18,776 nt of DNA from an uncultured Pseudomonadota bacterium (GCA_913020725.1 CAJWCD010000075.1:1-18776); one strand, 5' to 3'; positions 7,952-16,462 are shown, counted from the first letter of the stretch. Program-made: numbers and translations. The notes: generated from the sequence alone by a model not told the origin.

Positions 7952-8016
7952 TTGCAGGCCGAAAGCCGATTCCGCTAAGATGGGAAATCGTAACGCATCT
8001 TGGCGGTGGCTTGCAA
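7952..8016. promoter_or_regulatory. Candidate overlapping divergent sigma70 promoters (trmFO and microprotein/WGR unit)
   Basis: Plus strand TTGCAG(7952)-18-TAAGAT(7976); minus strand TTGCAA(8016)-18-TACGAT(7992). Confidence 0.35.
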
Positions 8017-8029
8017 GTCGGTTGAACCA

Positions 8030-9361
8030 ATGACGGATTCCGGGAAATCAAAACAAAGTGTCGCCATCGTGGGCGCAGGGCTGGCCGGATCGGAAGCGGC
8101 GTGGCAATTGGCGCAGGCTGGACATGCGGTCACGCTGTTTGAGATGCGCCCCCAGCGCATGACTCCGGCACACAAGACGGACGGTTGCGCGGAACTGGTG
8201 TGCAGCAATTCCTTCAAAAGCCGCTCTGTCGAAAACGCTCACGGACTGCTCAAGGCGGAGATGGCGTTGCAAGGCTCGCTCATTCTCGAAGTTGCCGAAC
8301 GCCATGCCGTGCCTGCGGGGCAAGCACTGGCCATTGATCGGGTACCGTTTTCCGAGGAAATCACCTCGCGGCTGGAACAGCATCCCGACATCGCACTCGT
8401 GCGGGAGGAGGCGAGCGACCTCCGGAAGCTGTTGAGTCAGCATCCCGCCGTACTGGTTGCCACCGGACCCTTGACCTCAGAGGCGCTGGTGGAATCGTTG
8501 GGCGAGTTTTGTGGTTCCGACTACCTTTCCTTCTACGACGCCATCGCTCCGGTCGTGCTGGCCGAATCCATTGATCCCGTCAAGATTTTCCGGGCCTCGC
8601 GCTACGACAAGGGCGAGGCGGACTACCTCAACTGTCCGATGCACCGCGAGCAGTACGAGGCGTTCATCGAGGCCATCCGGGAGGCGGACACGGTGCCGAT
8701 GCACGAGTTTGAGGACGTGCGCCCGTTCGAGGGGTGTCTGCCGATTGAGGTGATGGCGGAGCGAGGGCAGGACACCCTGCGCTTTGGGCCGATGAAGCCG
8801 GTGGGCTTGCGACATCCGGCGACTGGAGAGACGTTTCACGCGGTCGTGCAACTTCGGCAGGAAAACGCGATCGGCACCCTCTACAACCTCGTCGGCTTCC
8901 AGACCAAGATGACGTGGACCGCACAGCAGCAGGTTTTCCGGAGGATTCCAGGGTTGGAGGAAGCGGAGTTCGTGCGGCTCGGCTCGATCCACCGCAACAC
9001 CTTCCTCAACAGCCCCCGGCTACTCACGCCCCGGCTGAACTTTCGAAACGAGCCGCGCCTGTTTTGTGCCGGACAACTCACCGGAGTCGAGGGCTACATG
9101 GAATCCACCGCAATGGGCCTGCACGCCGCCGCGCAAATCGCAGGAAGGCTGTCCGGGTACGAAACGCCGATTCCGCCGCCCACCACCATGTTTGGCGGTT
9201 TGTTGCGCTACCTCACCGAAACGGAACCCAAGAACTTTCAGCCGATGAACGCCAACTTTGGACTGCTCGATCCGCCCAACCGCAAAATGCCCAAAGCCCA
9301 ACGCAAGGCGTGGTACGCCGAACGCGCCCTCTCCACAACACGGGAAGTGTTGGGTTGCTGA
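8030..9361 (+). CDS. trmFO: Methylenetetrahydrofolate--tRNA-(uracil(54)-C5)-methyltransferase TrmFO
   Basis: GAGLAGSEAAWQ, EMRP, AELVCSNSF, YDAIAP, FEGCLPIE, LRFGPMKPVGL, VGFQT, IHRNTF, AGQLTGVEGY, FQPMNANFGL. Confidence 0.96.
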   Translation: MTDSGKSKQSVAIVGAGLAGSEAAWQLAQAGHAVTLFEMRPQRMTPAHKTDGCAELVCSNSFKSRSVENAHGLLKAEMALQGSLILEVAERHAVPAGQALAIDRVPFSEEITSRLEQHPDIALVREEASDLRKLLSQHPAVLVATGPLTSEALVESLGEFCGSDYLSFYDAIAPVVLAESIDPVKIFRASRYDKGEADYLNCPMHREQYEAFIEAIREADTVPMHEFEDVRPFEGCLPIEVMAERGQDTLRFGPMKPVGLRHPATGETFHAVVQLRQENAIGTLYNLVGFQTKMTWTAQQQVFRRIPGLEEAEFVRLGSIHRNTFLNSPRLLTPRLNFRNEPRLFCAGQLTGVEGYMESTAMGLHAAAQIAGRLSGYETPIPPPTTMFGGLLRYLTETEPKNFQPMNANFGLLDPPNRKMPKAQRKAWYAERALSTTREVLGC

Positions 9362-9407
9362 ATCGGCCATACCGCTCTTGAGCGAGATTCACGATGACAG
9401 ACGGCAT

Positions 9408-9821
9408 TCACTGAGTTTTTGTAGAAAGCCCAGCCCTGTCGGCGGCCTTGGCTTGTCGGAGATCGGCAGTCACAAACAGGTCCGGTTTCCATTTCAGGGC
9501 GCAGGCGATTTGCAAAGCATCCATCGCCCGAAGTACGTTTGTTTCTAAAAGCCTTCCGGCCTGTTCCGTCACCTCTGGCGTGATGTGGAGGATTTCTACA
9601 TCCGCCAACTCGTCCTTCAGTCGGTTTTTTGCAAAGCGATAATCTTCCGAAGTGATGCTTCCTTCCCTCAAACGGCGGTTGAGGGAAGAGAGGATTTCAG
9701 GGTAGCACAGGATGCTCAACCCCAAAGAATCGGCTTGCTGACAAAGACTTTCGACCTCCTGACTCCCAGCCTCATCAAGAAAGCGTTTGGCATAGGAGGA
9801 CGAGTCGAAGAAGACCTTCAT
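9408..9821 (-). CDS. vapC: Type II toxin, VapC/PIN-domain ribonuclease
   Basis: 137 aa; FFDSS, PEI, LRAMDALQIACA and FVTAD supply the PIN acidic residues; 4-nt overlap with the antitoxin. Confidence 0.9.
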   Translation of the reverse strand: MKVFFDSSSYAKRFLDEAGSQEVESLCQQADSLGLSILCYPEILSSLNRRLREGSITSEDYRFAKNRLKDELADVEILHITPEVTEQAGRLLETNVLRAMDALQIACALKWKPDLFVTADLRQAKAADRAGLSTKTQ

Positions 9822-10054
9822 TTCACAGCAAACTCACGGTCTTGCAAGATTGCTTGCGAGAGTCCTTCTCCCTTCGTGGCCAACCGCAATCCTGGCTGCT
9901 TCCAAGCGGGCGGACCCACTTTTTCCTGAAAAACCGGAGAGATTTCAGCCACAGGTTTGCCGTGGCGGGTGAGTTCAATGCGTTCGCCACGCTCCACCAC
10001 TGAAATCAAAGCGGAGGCGTTTTTGCGAAACTCGGTAAACGGGACGCTGAGCAT
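9818..10054 (-). CDS. Type II antitoxin, Phd/YefM family
   Basis: MLSVPFTEFRKNASALISVVERGERIELTRHGKPVAEISP is the Phd/YefM N-terminal pattern; ATG at 10054, 78 aa. Confidence 0.9.
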   Translation of the reverse strand: MLSVPFTEFRKNASALISVVERGERIELTRHGKPVAEISPVFQEKVGPPAWKQPGLRLATKGEGLSQAILQDREFAVK

Positions 10055-10087
10055 GGTGCGATTGCTTTCTGGAGGTTCGGTTTGATT

Positions 10088-10129
10088 CGTTACACGGATA
10101 GTGTACACGACTGCACACTTTCGCAGCAA
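10088..10129 (-). promoter_or_regulatory. TA promoter with overlapping Phd-type operator
   Basis: TTGCTG-18-TACACT on the minus strand; palindrome GTGTACAC (10101-10108) overlaps the -10; partial site CGTTACAC lies 13 bp away. Confidence 0.65.
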
Positions 10130-10156
10130 GCCTCTTCCGGAGCCGCAGCTCAAGCC

Positions 10157-10732
10157 TCAGTAGTTGAACCATCCGTTGACATCGTAGGCGATGCTGGAGC
10201 CGGCAAAACTCTCCGCCGCCAGCACAAAGCCTGTGAACATGATGCCCAGCGCGGAACTAATCACGTTGTGCGTGGCCGGATAGCCCATCACCCGCGCAGG
10301 TCGGTGGATCAGCTCATTGCAGCTGATGGACTCGTCCACCCGCTGCAAGAGCGCCTTGGCACTGAGAAGCTGCTGGCGTTCTGTGTTCGAGTCCTCCGAG
10401 GCCATGTCCGCAAGCTCCTTTTCCAGAAAAAACAGCTCCCCCTGCACCTGATCGCGCTGGTCCGCGCTGAACGACTGGAGCTTGGTCGTCTTGAGGATGG
10501 CAAAGATGCAGATCGAGGAAATGGCGGCAATGATGAGCAGCAGCAACCAGATTGTGGAAACGTGATGCCGCATCTGTGTCCAAGCAATCAGATTGAGAAA
10601 CAGCACGCAACAAATCGCGTAACCGAGCAGGATGGAGGTGTACGCCTGAATGCGCAGGTAATACGCCTCGCCAGAGGCATGGCTCAAGGCGGCATGAACC
10701 CCTAAACCGAAACGGAAAAATTTTGCGCCGAC
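10157..10732 (-). pseudogene. N-terminally truncated multi-pass membrane protein (three TM segments remain)
   Basis: Open frame 10157-10732 with no convincing ATG/SD; coding-like GC-rich codons switch to AT-richer sequence at ~10700; TM-TM-long amphipathic helix-PARVMG-TM layout. Confidence 0.6.
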
Positions 10733-10806
10733 TCACGCGCTTATTTGCGATAAGGTCTATTGTTGCGGCATTGTCGCCAACCCGTCTGCTGACAGGTCCA
10801 CGACAG

Positions 10807-10920
10807 TCAGGTGCATTCTGCAATCGTCTTGCGTGTGGCATCAAAGAGAAGGTTAATGTCGGTCGGATAATGCACATTGGTTTCAACCACAAAGGAGTCG
10901 CTGTGTGCACGCAGCAGCTT
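10807..10920 (-). mobile_element. Internal fragment of an ISNCY/IS5-like DDE transposase
   Basis: LRAHSDSFVVETNVHYPTDINLLFDATRK matches the DSxVVETxVHxPTDxxLL motif around the first catalytic Asp; the flanking frame is not conserved. Confidence 0.75.
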
Positions 10921-11070
10921 AGTGGCCCCCTGAGGGGCGCCTTCTCTGTCTAAGGATACGCATACGGATTTTTTCGAATCTTCAGGTCGCAACTATCAAT
11001 GTGTCCTGTTGATATAAATAATGAATGTTATTTTTCGGTCAAGCATTATTTAAAATGAGCAGACGTTAAC

Positions 11071-11508
11071 GTGAGAGATTTTCAAGAAGTCCTGCCCTTC
11101 AAATTACTGAGGGCACGGGATGCGACCATGGCGCATTTCCGCCCCCTGTTCCATGCCCATGCGGTGACGGAGCAGCAGTGGCGCATCATCCGGACGCTGG
11201 AGGAACATGGGGAACTGGAGGCTCGTCGTCTGGCTGACCTCTGTGCTTTGCTCAGTCCGAGTTTGACGGGAATCTTGCGTCGCTTGCAGCAGTCCGGACT
11301 AATCGAACGACGACGAGTGGTCGAGGACCGACGACGAGTGAACCTGCGACTCTCGCCCAAAGGTCAGGCGTTATTTGAGAAAATCCGTCCTCTGGTGGAA
11401 GCAAAGTATCAAGAGTTTGAAACGGAGGTGTCGCCGGATAAACTGGAACGGTTGAATCGCTTGCTGGATGAGGTGATCGCGCTGGGTCTGGACGGTGCCG
11501 CCGAGTGA
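11071..11508 (+). CDS. hpaR: MarR-family transcriptional regulator, HpaR-like
   Basis: LPFKLLRARDATMAHFRP...TEQQWRIIR and LLSPSLTGILRRL are HpaR-subfamily signatures; wing motif DRR; GTG start. Confidence 0.8.
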   Translation: MRDFQEVLPFKLLRARDATMAHFRPLFHAHAVTEQQWRIIRTLEEHGELEARRLADLCALLSPSLTGILRRLQQSGLIERRRVVEDRRRVNLRLSPKGQALFEKIRPLVEAKYQEFETEVSPDKLERLNRLLDEVIALGLDGAAE

Positions 11509-11548
11509 ACTGCCCCCCGGATTGGTGAACTACAACCCATAACATATC

Positions 11549-12385
11549 ATGCCAAAATGCCTTACTGAAGACGCAATCGCGCAGTACCGCAGCACTGGTT
11601 TTTTCTGCCCAGTTCCGCTTTTGAGCGAGACAGAGGTTGCAGCACTCAGGAGTAAGTTGGAAACCTTTGAAAACGAGCAGGGACATCCCCTTGAAGGAGG
11701 ACAACGCAGTCAGGCGCATCTGCTGTTTCCATGGTTGGATGACCTCATCCGGCATCCCAGAATTTTGGATGCGGTCGAGGATTTGATTGGTCCGGACTTG
11801 CTCTGCTGGGGAACCATCTTTTGGATCAAGGAGGCCCACAGCCCCAGCTTCGTCTCTTGGCATCAGGACATCACCTACTGGGGACTGACGGGCGGAGACG
11901 TGGTGAATGTCTGGATCGCGCTTTCACCTGCCAACGAGCAAAGTGGTTGCATGAGCGTGCTGCCCGGTAGCCACCTCAAGCCACCGCTGCCGCATGATGA
12001 CCGCTATCATCAGGACAACATGCTGACACGCGGACAGGAAATTGCGGTGGAGGTTGATCCCAGCAAAACCGCGAGGATGGCGCTCGACCCCGGAGAGGTG
12101 TCTCTGCATGACGTGCGGCTGGCGCATGGTTCGGGACCAAACAATTCCGCTGACCGGCGCATTGGCTTTTCAATCCAGTACATGCCCACCTGTGCCCGGC
12201 AGTCGCTGTCCGAGTTGGACTATGCCACCCTCGTCCGGGGGGAGGATCGTTACGACCATTTCCAGCACGCCCCACGTCCCCGACAGGCGCTGGATTCAGA
12301 AGCGGTTGCTGCCCATGAACGCGCCAGTCATGTGATGCGAGACATTCTCTACCAAGGCGCGGACCAAAACACGGTGAGGTTGTAG
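11549..12385 (+). CDS. Phytanoyl-CoA dioxygenase (PhyH) family Fe(II)/2-oxoglutarate dioxygenase
   Basis: FWIKE, WHQD (HxD), VWIALS, PGSH, HGSGPNNSADRRIG (distal His, 2OG-binding Arg). Confidence 0.9.
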   Translation: MPKCLTEDAIAQYRSTGFFCPVPLLSETEVAALRSKLETFENEQGHPLEGGQRSQAHLLFPWLDDLIRHPRILDAVEDLIGPDLLCWGTIFWIKEAHSPSFVSWHQDITYWGLTGGDVVNVWIALSPANEQSGCMSVLPGSHLKPPLPHDDRYHQDNMLTRGQEIAVEVDPSKTARMALDPGEVSLHDVRLAHGSGPNNSADRRIGFSIQYMPTCARQSLSELDYATLVRGEDRYDHFQHAPRPRQALDSEAVAAHERASHVMRDILYQGADQNTVRL

Positions 12386-12441
12386 GAATTTGCCGGATCG
12401 GATAAGATGAACTAAGAACCCATTTGACTAAAAGAGGCACC

Positions 12442-14007
12442 TTGAAACGTAATATCCTTTTTGTCATGTGCGACCAGTTGCGCTACGACTACTTGTCGTG
12501 CTGCGGGCACTCCACTTTGCAGACACCCAACATTGATCGGCTGGCGCAGCAGGGGGTGAATTTCACGCGCACCTATGTGCCCTCGCCGTTGTGCGGCCCG
12601 TCCCGGATGAGTTTCTATACGGGACGTTCGGTCTTCAGCCACGGGGCGCGCTACAACAACTATCCGCTGCGCGTGGACGAGTGGACGCTGGGCGACTACC
12701 TGCGACCGTTGGGCGTGCGCACTGTGCTGGCCGGAAAAACGCACATGGCAGCGGATCGGGAGACGATTCAGCGACTGGGCATTGACCCGGATTCTCGTGC
12801 GGGGGTGCTGATGCGCCAGTGCGGCTTTGAGCCGCATGAGCGGGACGACGGCCTGCATCCTGCTGCTCTGGCCGATCCGGACTTGGCCTACAACCGCTAT
12901 CTGCGGGAACAGGGCTACGAGTCCGACAATTCATGGAATGAATTTGCGAACTCCGCTGAAGGGCCCAACGGCGAAGTCCTCAGTGGGTGGTACATGCGCA
13001 ACGCAAAGTTCGCAGCACGGGTGCAAGAGGAGCATTCGGAGACGGCGTACATGACCAACCGCGCAATGGACTTCATCCGTGATTCCGGGAACGAACCGTG
13101 GTGCCTGCACTTGAGCTACATCAAGCCGCACTGGCCCTACATGGCTCCAGCTCCGTACCACGATCTTTATGGCCCAGAGGATGTCCAGGCTCCGAACCGC
13201 AGTGAGCGCGAGCGACGTGATCCGCATCCGGTGCGCTCTGCGTTCATGCAGCACGAGGACAGCAAGAACTTTGCGCGGGATGCGGTGCGCGAAACCGTGA
13301 TTCCAGCCTACATGGGACTCGTCAAGCAGATTGATGACCATTTGGGGCGGCTCTGGAAATTCTTGGAAGCACAGGGGCAGTGGGAAAACACGATGATTGT
13401 GTTCACCAGCGACCACGGGGATTACCTCGGTGATCACTGGCTTGGCGAAAAAGACCTCTTCCACGACGAATCCGTGCGCATCCCGCTCCTCATCCATGAC
13501 CCCTCCCCACAAGCCGATGCCACACGCGGCACCCGCGACTCCCGGATGGTCGAGGGGATCGACTTGCTGCCAACCTTCATCGAGTGGCTGGGCGGAACGC
13601 CTCCGGAGCATCGGCTGGAAGGCGCGTCGCTGCTGCCCTTGCTGCATGGAACTCCAGACGTGACCTGGCGCGATTATGCCATCAGCGAAAGTGATTACTC
13701 GAACCGCCGCGCCCGGGACTTCCTCGGATTGGCTCCGCAGGACGCACGAGCGACGATGGTCTGCACAGAACGCTGGAAAGGCATCTTCCATCCATGTTTC
13801 CGTCCGGAACTCTACGACCTGCAAAACGACCCGCAGGAGCGCATGGACTTGGGCGACGACCCGGAACATGAAGCCGTGCGCCGCGAACTGAAGGACCGCT
13901 GGTTCGAGTGGATTTTGCAGCGGAAAACACGGGTGACGATTTCGGAGGAAACCATCAAAAATTTGGACGACCCCGCGAAGCTGGGCATCCTCATTGGCTA
14001 TTGGTGA
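12442..14007 (+). CDS. Cys-type (formylglycine-dependent) sulfatase-family hydrolase, arylsulfatase/phosphonate monoester hydrolase clade
   Basis: NILFVMCDQLR, TPNIDRLA, CGPSR (CxPxR), GKTH, KPHWPY, FTSDHG, GEK; TTG 12442 follows SD GAGG (TTG 12424 alternative). Confidence 0.9.
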   Translation: MKRNILFVMCDQLRYDYLSCCGHSTLQTPNIDRLAQQGVNFTRTYVPSPLCGPSRMSFYTGRSVFSHGARYNNYPLRVDEWTLGDYLRPLGVRTVLAGKTHMAADRETIQRLGIDPDSRAGVLMRQCGFEPHERDDGLHPAALADPDLAYNRYLREQGYESDNSWNEFANSAEGPNGEVLSGWYMRNAKFAARVQEEHSETAYMTNRAMDFIRDSGNEPWCLHLSYIKPHWPYMAPAPYHDLYGPEDVQAPNRSERERRDPHPVRSAFMQHEDSKNFARDAVRETVIPAYMGLVKQIDDHLGRLWKFLEAQGQWENTMIVFTSDHGDYLGDHWLGEKDLFHDESVRIPLLIHDPSPQADATRGTRDSRMVEGIDLLPTFIEWLGGTPPEHRLEGASLLPLLHGTPDVTWRDYAISESDYSNRRARDFLGLAPQDARATMVCTERWKGIFHPCFRPELYDLQNDPQERMDLGDDPEHEAVRRELKDRWFEWILQRKTRVTISEETIKNLDDPAKLGILIGYW

Positions 14008-14038
14008 CTCAACACAAACCCATGCTTCACGAGGAAAG

Positions 14039-14899
14039 ATGGCAAACACGCAACCCGTGACCGAGGAACAGATTCGCACCTTTGACGAGGACGGAGTGCT
14101 GCTGCTCAAAGCTCTGATCAACGAGCAGTGGCAGCAAACGCTCTGCGAGTCCATCGAGCAGGACATCGCCAATCCCGGTCCGCATCATCACGCTTATGAA
14201 GCGGAAGGCGGCAAGGGGCGTTTTCATGGCAGCATGCGCGTTTGGGAACACAATCCGGGCTTCCGGGACTACTGTTGGAACTCGCCGCTTCCGGCGCTGG
14301 CGGCGCAGTTTTTCAAAACGGACAAAATCAACCTCTTCTACGACCAGCTTTTCGTCAAGGAACCGAGCACCTCCAACCGCACCCGCTGGCACAACGATCA
14401 ACCCTACTGGCCCGTGCGCGGCTGGCCCGTGATGTCGTTCTGGGTCGCACTCGATCCTGTGACGAAGGAAACCGGGGCGGTGGAGTTCATTCCGGGATCG
14501 CACCGTTGGGGCCATTGGTTTCAACCCGAAAATTTTGCTCCGGGTGTCAGCAAATCCTACGAGCAGAACCCGGATTTCGTCAAGATGCCGGACATCGAAA
14601 CTGAGCGTGACCAGCACAAAATCGTTTCGTGGGACATGGAGCCGGGCGACGTGTTGGCCTTCCACGCGCTCGTCGTTCATGGCTCCGGCGGCAACCACAG
14701 CAACACCATGCGGCGACGCGGTTATGCCGTGCGCTACACCGGACGCGAAGCCGTCTATTGCGCCGATCCGGGATCGCATTTGGGGAACCGCAACCCCACC
14801 CTCAAGGACGGTGATGTTCTTGACAGCGAGCAGTATCCGGTGGTCTGGAAAAACGGCGAGTCTGTGAATTGCAATTCAAGCGACACAAAATCAAGATGA
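14039..14899 (+). CDS. Second PhyH-family Fe(II)/2-oxoglutarate dioxygenase
   Basis: DQLFVKEP, WHNDQPYWP (HxD), FWVALD, PGSH, VHGSGGN...RRR; ATG 14039 after SD GAGGA. Confidence 0.9.
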   Translation: MANTQPVTEEQIRTFDEDGVLLLKALINEQWQQTLCESIEQDIANPGPHHHAYEAEGGKGRFHGSMRVWEHNPGFRDYCWNSPLPALAAQFFKTDKINLFYDQLFVKEPSTSNRTRWHNDQPYWPVRGWPVMSFWVALDPVTKETGAVEFIPGSHRWGHWFQPENFAPGVSKSYEQNPDFVKMPDIETERDQHKIVSWDMEPGDVLAFHALVVHGSGGNHSNTMRRRGYAVRYTGREAVYCADPGSHLGNRNPTLKDGDVLDSEQYPVVWKNGESVNCNSSDTKSR

Positions 14900-16353
14900 C
14901 CTCGCAAGCTCCTGAAATCCCAAACTCCTTCCACATGCCGCCGGAGGAATTCCGGAAACAAGGACACGCCTTGATCGACTGGATCGCCGATTACTGGGAT
15001 CGAGTTGAAACGCTGCCCGTGCTTTCGCAGGCACAACCGGGAGAGGTCCGCAAGGCACTGCCGCCGCACCCTCCGGAACAGGGCGAATCCTTTGAGGCGA
15101 TGATGCGGGACGTGGAGCAGCACATTTTGCCCGGCATCACGCACTGGCAGTCGCCCAATTTCTTCGCGTTTTTCCCGGCGAACACCTCCGGACCTTCCGT
15201 TTTGGGCGAGTTGCTCTCTGCTGGATTCGGAGTGCAGGGCATGATCTGGGCGACAAGTCCGGCCTGCACGGAATTGGAAACGCATGTCCTCGATTGGGTC
15301 GCAGAATTGCTGGGGTTGCCTGAGAAATTCAAATCCACTGGAAACGGTGGCGGTGTGATTCAGGATTCTGCCTCCAGCGCAGCACTTACCGCTCTGCTGG
15401 CCGCACGGGAGCGTGCCACGGATTTTGCCAGCAATGCTCGCGGTTGCGATGGTCAACTCACGGTGTACACCTCCTCGCAGGCGCACTCGTCCATCGAGAA
15501 GGCGGTGATGATTTCCGGAATCGGTCGGGAGAATTTACGGCTTGTTGAGGTGGACGAGAATTTTGCGATGGACTTGGAGGATTTGTCCCGCAAGATCGAG
15601 GTGGACCAAGCAGCCGGAAAAATCCCCTGCTTTGTCGCGGCAACGGTGGGCACGACGTCTTCCAATGCAATCGACCCGCTGCCTGCCATCGGCGAGCTTT
15701 GCCAAAAGCACAACCTCTGGTTTCACATCGATGGGGCGATGTCGGGCACCGCAGCGGTTTGCCCGGAATTCCGGCACTTGCAAGCGGGAGTCGAGTTGGC
15801 CGACAGCTATTGTTTCAATCCGCACAAGTGGATGTTCACCAACTTCGACTGCGACTGTTTCTTTGTCGCGGATCGGACTGCGTTGATCAAAACCCTGAGC
15901 ATCCTACCCGAATATTTGCGCAACCAAGCGACCGCATCTGGAGCCGTCATTGATTACCGCGACTGGCAGATTCCTTTGGGGCGACGCTTCCGGGCGCTCA
16001 AGCTCTGGTTTGTGATCCGGCACTACGGGGTGGAGGGACTGCGACACCACATCCGCCGACACGTCGAACTCGCCCAACAATTTGCAACATGGGTCGCAGC
16101 GGACGAGCAGTTTGAACTGATGGCCCCGGCTCCTTTGAATCTGATCTGCTTCCGGCACAAGGGCGGGGATGCCCTCAACCAAGCTCTGTTGGACACGCTC
16201 AACCAAAGTGGGAAGCTCTACCTCACCCACACCAAACTGCGGGACACGCTTATCCTGCGCATGAGCATCGGCCAGACCCACACCGAGTTCCGGCATGTCG
16301 AGCAGGCGTGGCAACGCATCCGGGAAACCGCCACTGCCCTTCAGCAGCAATAG
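14896..16353 (+). CDS. PLP-dependent aromatic L-amino acid decarboxylase (group II, DOPA decarboxylase-like)
   Basis: PGITHWQSPNFFAFFP, TSPACTELE, GGGVIQ, AHSSIEK, TVGTTS, HIDGA, FNPHKW (PLP Lys), DWQIPLGRRFRALKLWFV; ATGA overlap with the upstream gene. Confidence 0.93.
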   Translation: MTSQAPEIPNSFHMPPEEFRKQGHALIDWIADYWDRVETLPVLSQAQPGEVRKALPPHPPEQGESFEAMMRDVEQHILPGITHWQSPNFFAFFPANTSGPSVLGELLSAGFGVQGMIWATSPACTELETHVLDWVAELLGLPEKFKSTGNGGGVIQDSASSAALTALLAARERATDFASNARGCDGQLTVYTSSQAHSSIEKAVMISGIGRENLRLVEVDENFAMDLEDLSRKIEVDQAAGKIPCFVAATVGTTSSNAIDPLPAIGELCQKHNLWFHIDGAMSGTAAVCPEFRHLQAGVELADSYCFNPHKWMFTNFDCDCFFVADRTALIKTLSILPEYLRNQATASGAVIDYRDWQIPLGRRFRALKLWFVIRHYGVEGLRHHIRRHVELAQQFATWVAADEQFELMAPAPLNLICFRHKGGDALNQALLDTLNQSGKLYLTHTKLRDTLILRMSIGQTHTEFRHVEQAWQRIRETATALQQQ

Positions 16354-16462
16354 ACCCTAGCGGTCACAGACATCACCTGTGCCATCGTGTGCAGAAAAAC
16401 CAACTGCTCCCGATTCCTACAATTTCCAAGGTAACGCTCACCTTGTGAGCAACAAGGAGGTG

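Noticed and set aside
7751..7980. Known riboswitch or sigma54 promoter in the microprotein leader
   Set aside because: No aptamer consensus recognised; TGGCAAG-N4-GTGA lacks the conserved -12 GC.
10055..10153. N-terminal extension of the antitoxin ORF in the track
   Set aside because: Covers the promoter/operator; family similarity begins at ATG 10054.
11308..11340. 12-bp direct repeat CGACGACGAGTG in the MarR gene
   Set aside because: Encodes RRRV twice in the Arg-rich wing, in frame and at normal MarR length; no sign of an insertion.
12931..14172. 413-aa minus-strand ORF (also 14027-14779, 14755-15486, 16379-17212, 2716-3495)
   Set aside because: Antisense to well-supported genes; expected from GC-rich codon bias.
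11549..14899. PhyH genes as SyrB2-type halogenases
   Set aside because: Both keep the HxD carboxylate (HQD, HND); halogenases have HxA/G.
16436..16462. Short hairpins and a perfect SD (AAGGAGGT) between the convergent genes
   Set aside because: No start codon at usable spacing; stems are only 6 bp with no U-tract, so neither a gene start nor a terminator is supportable.
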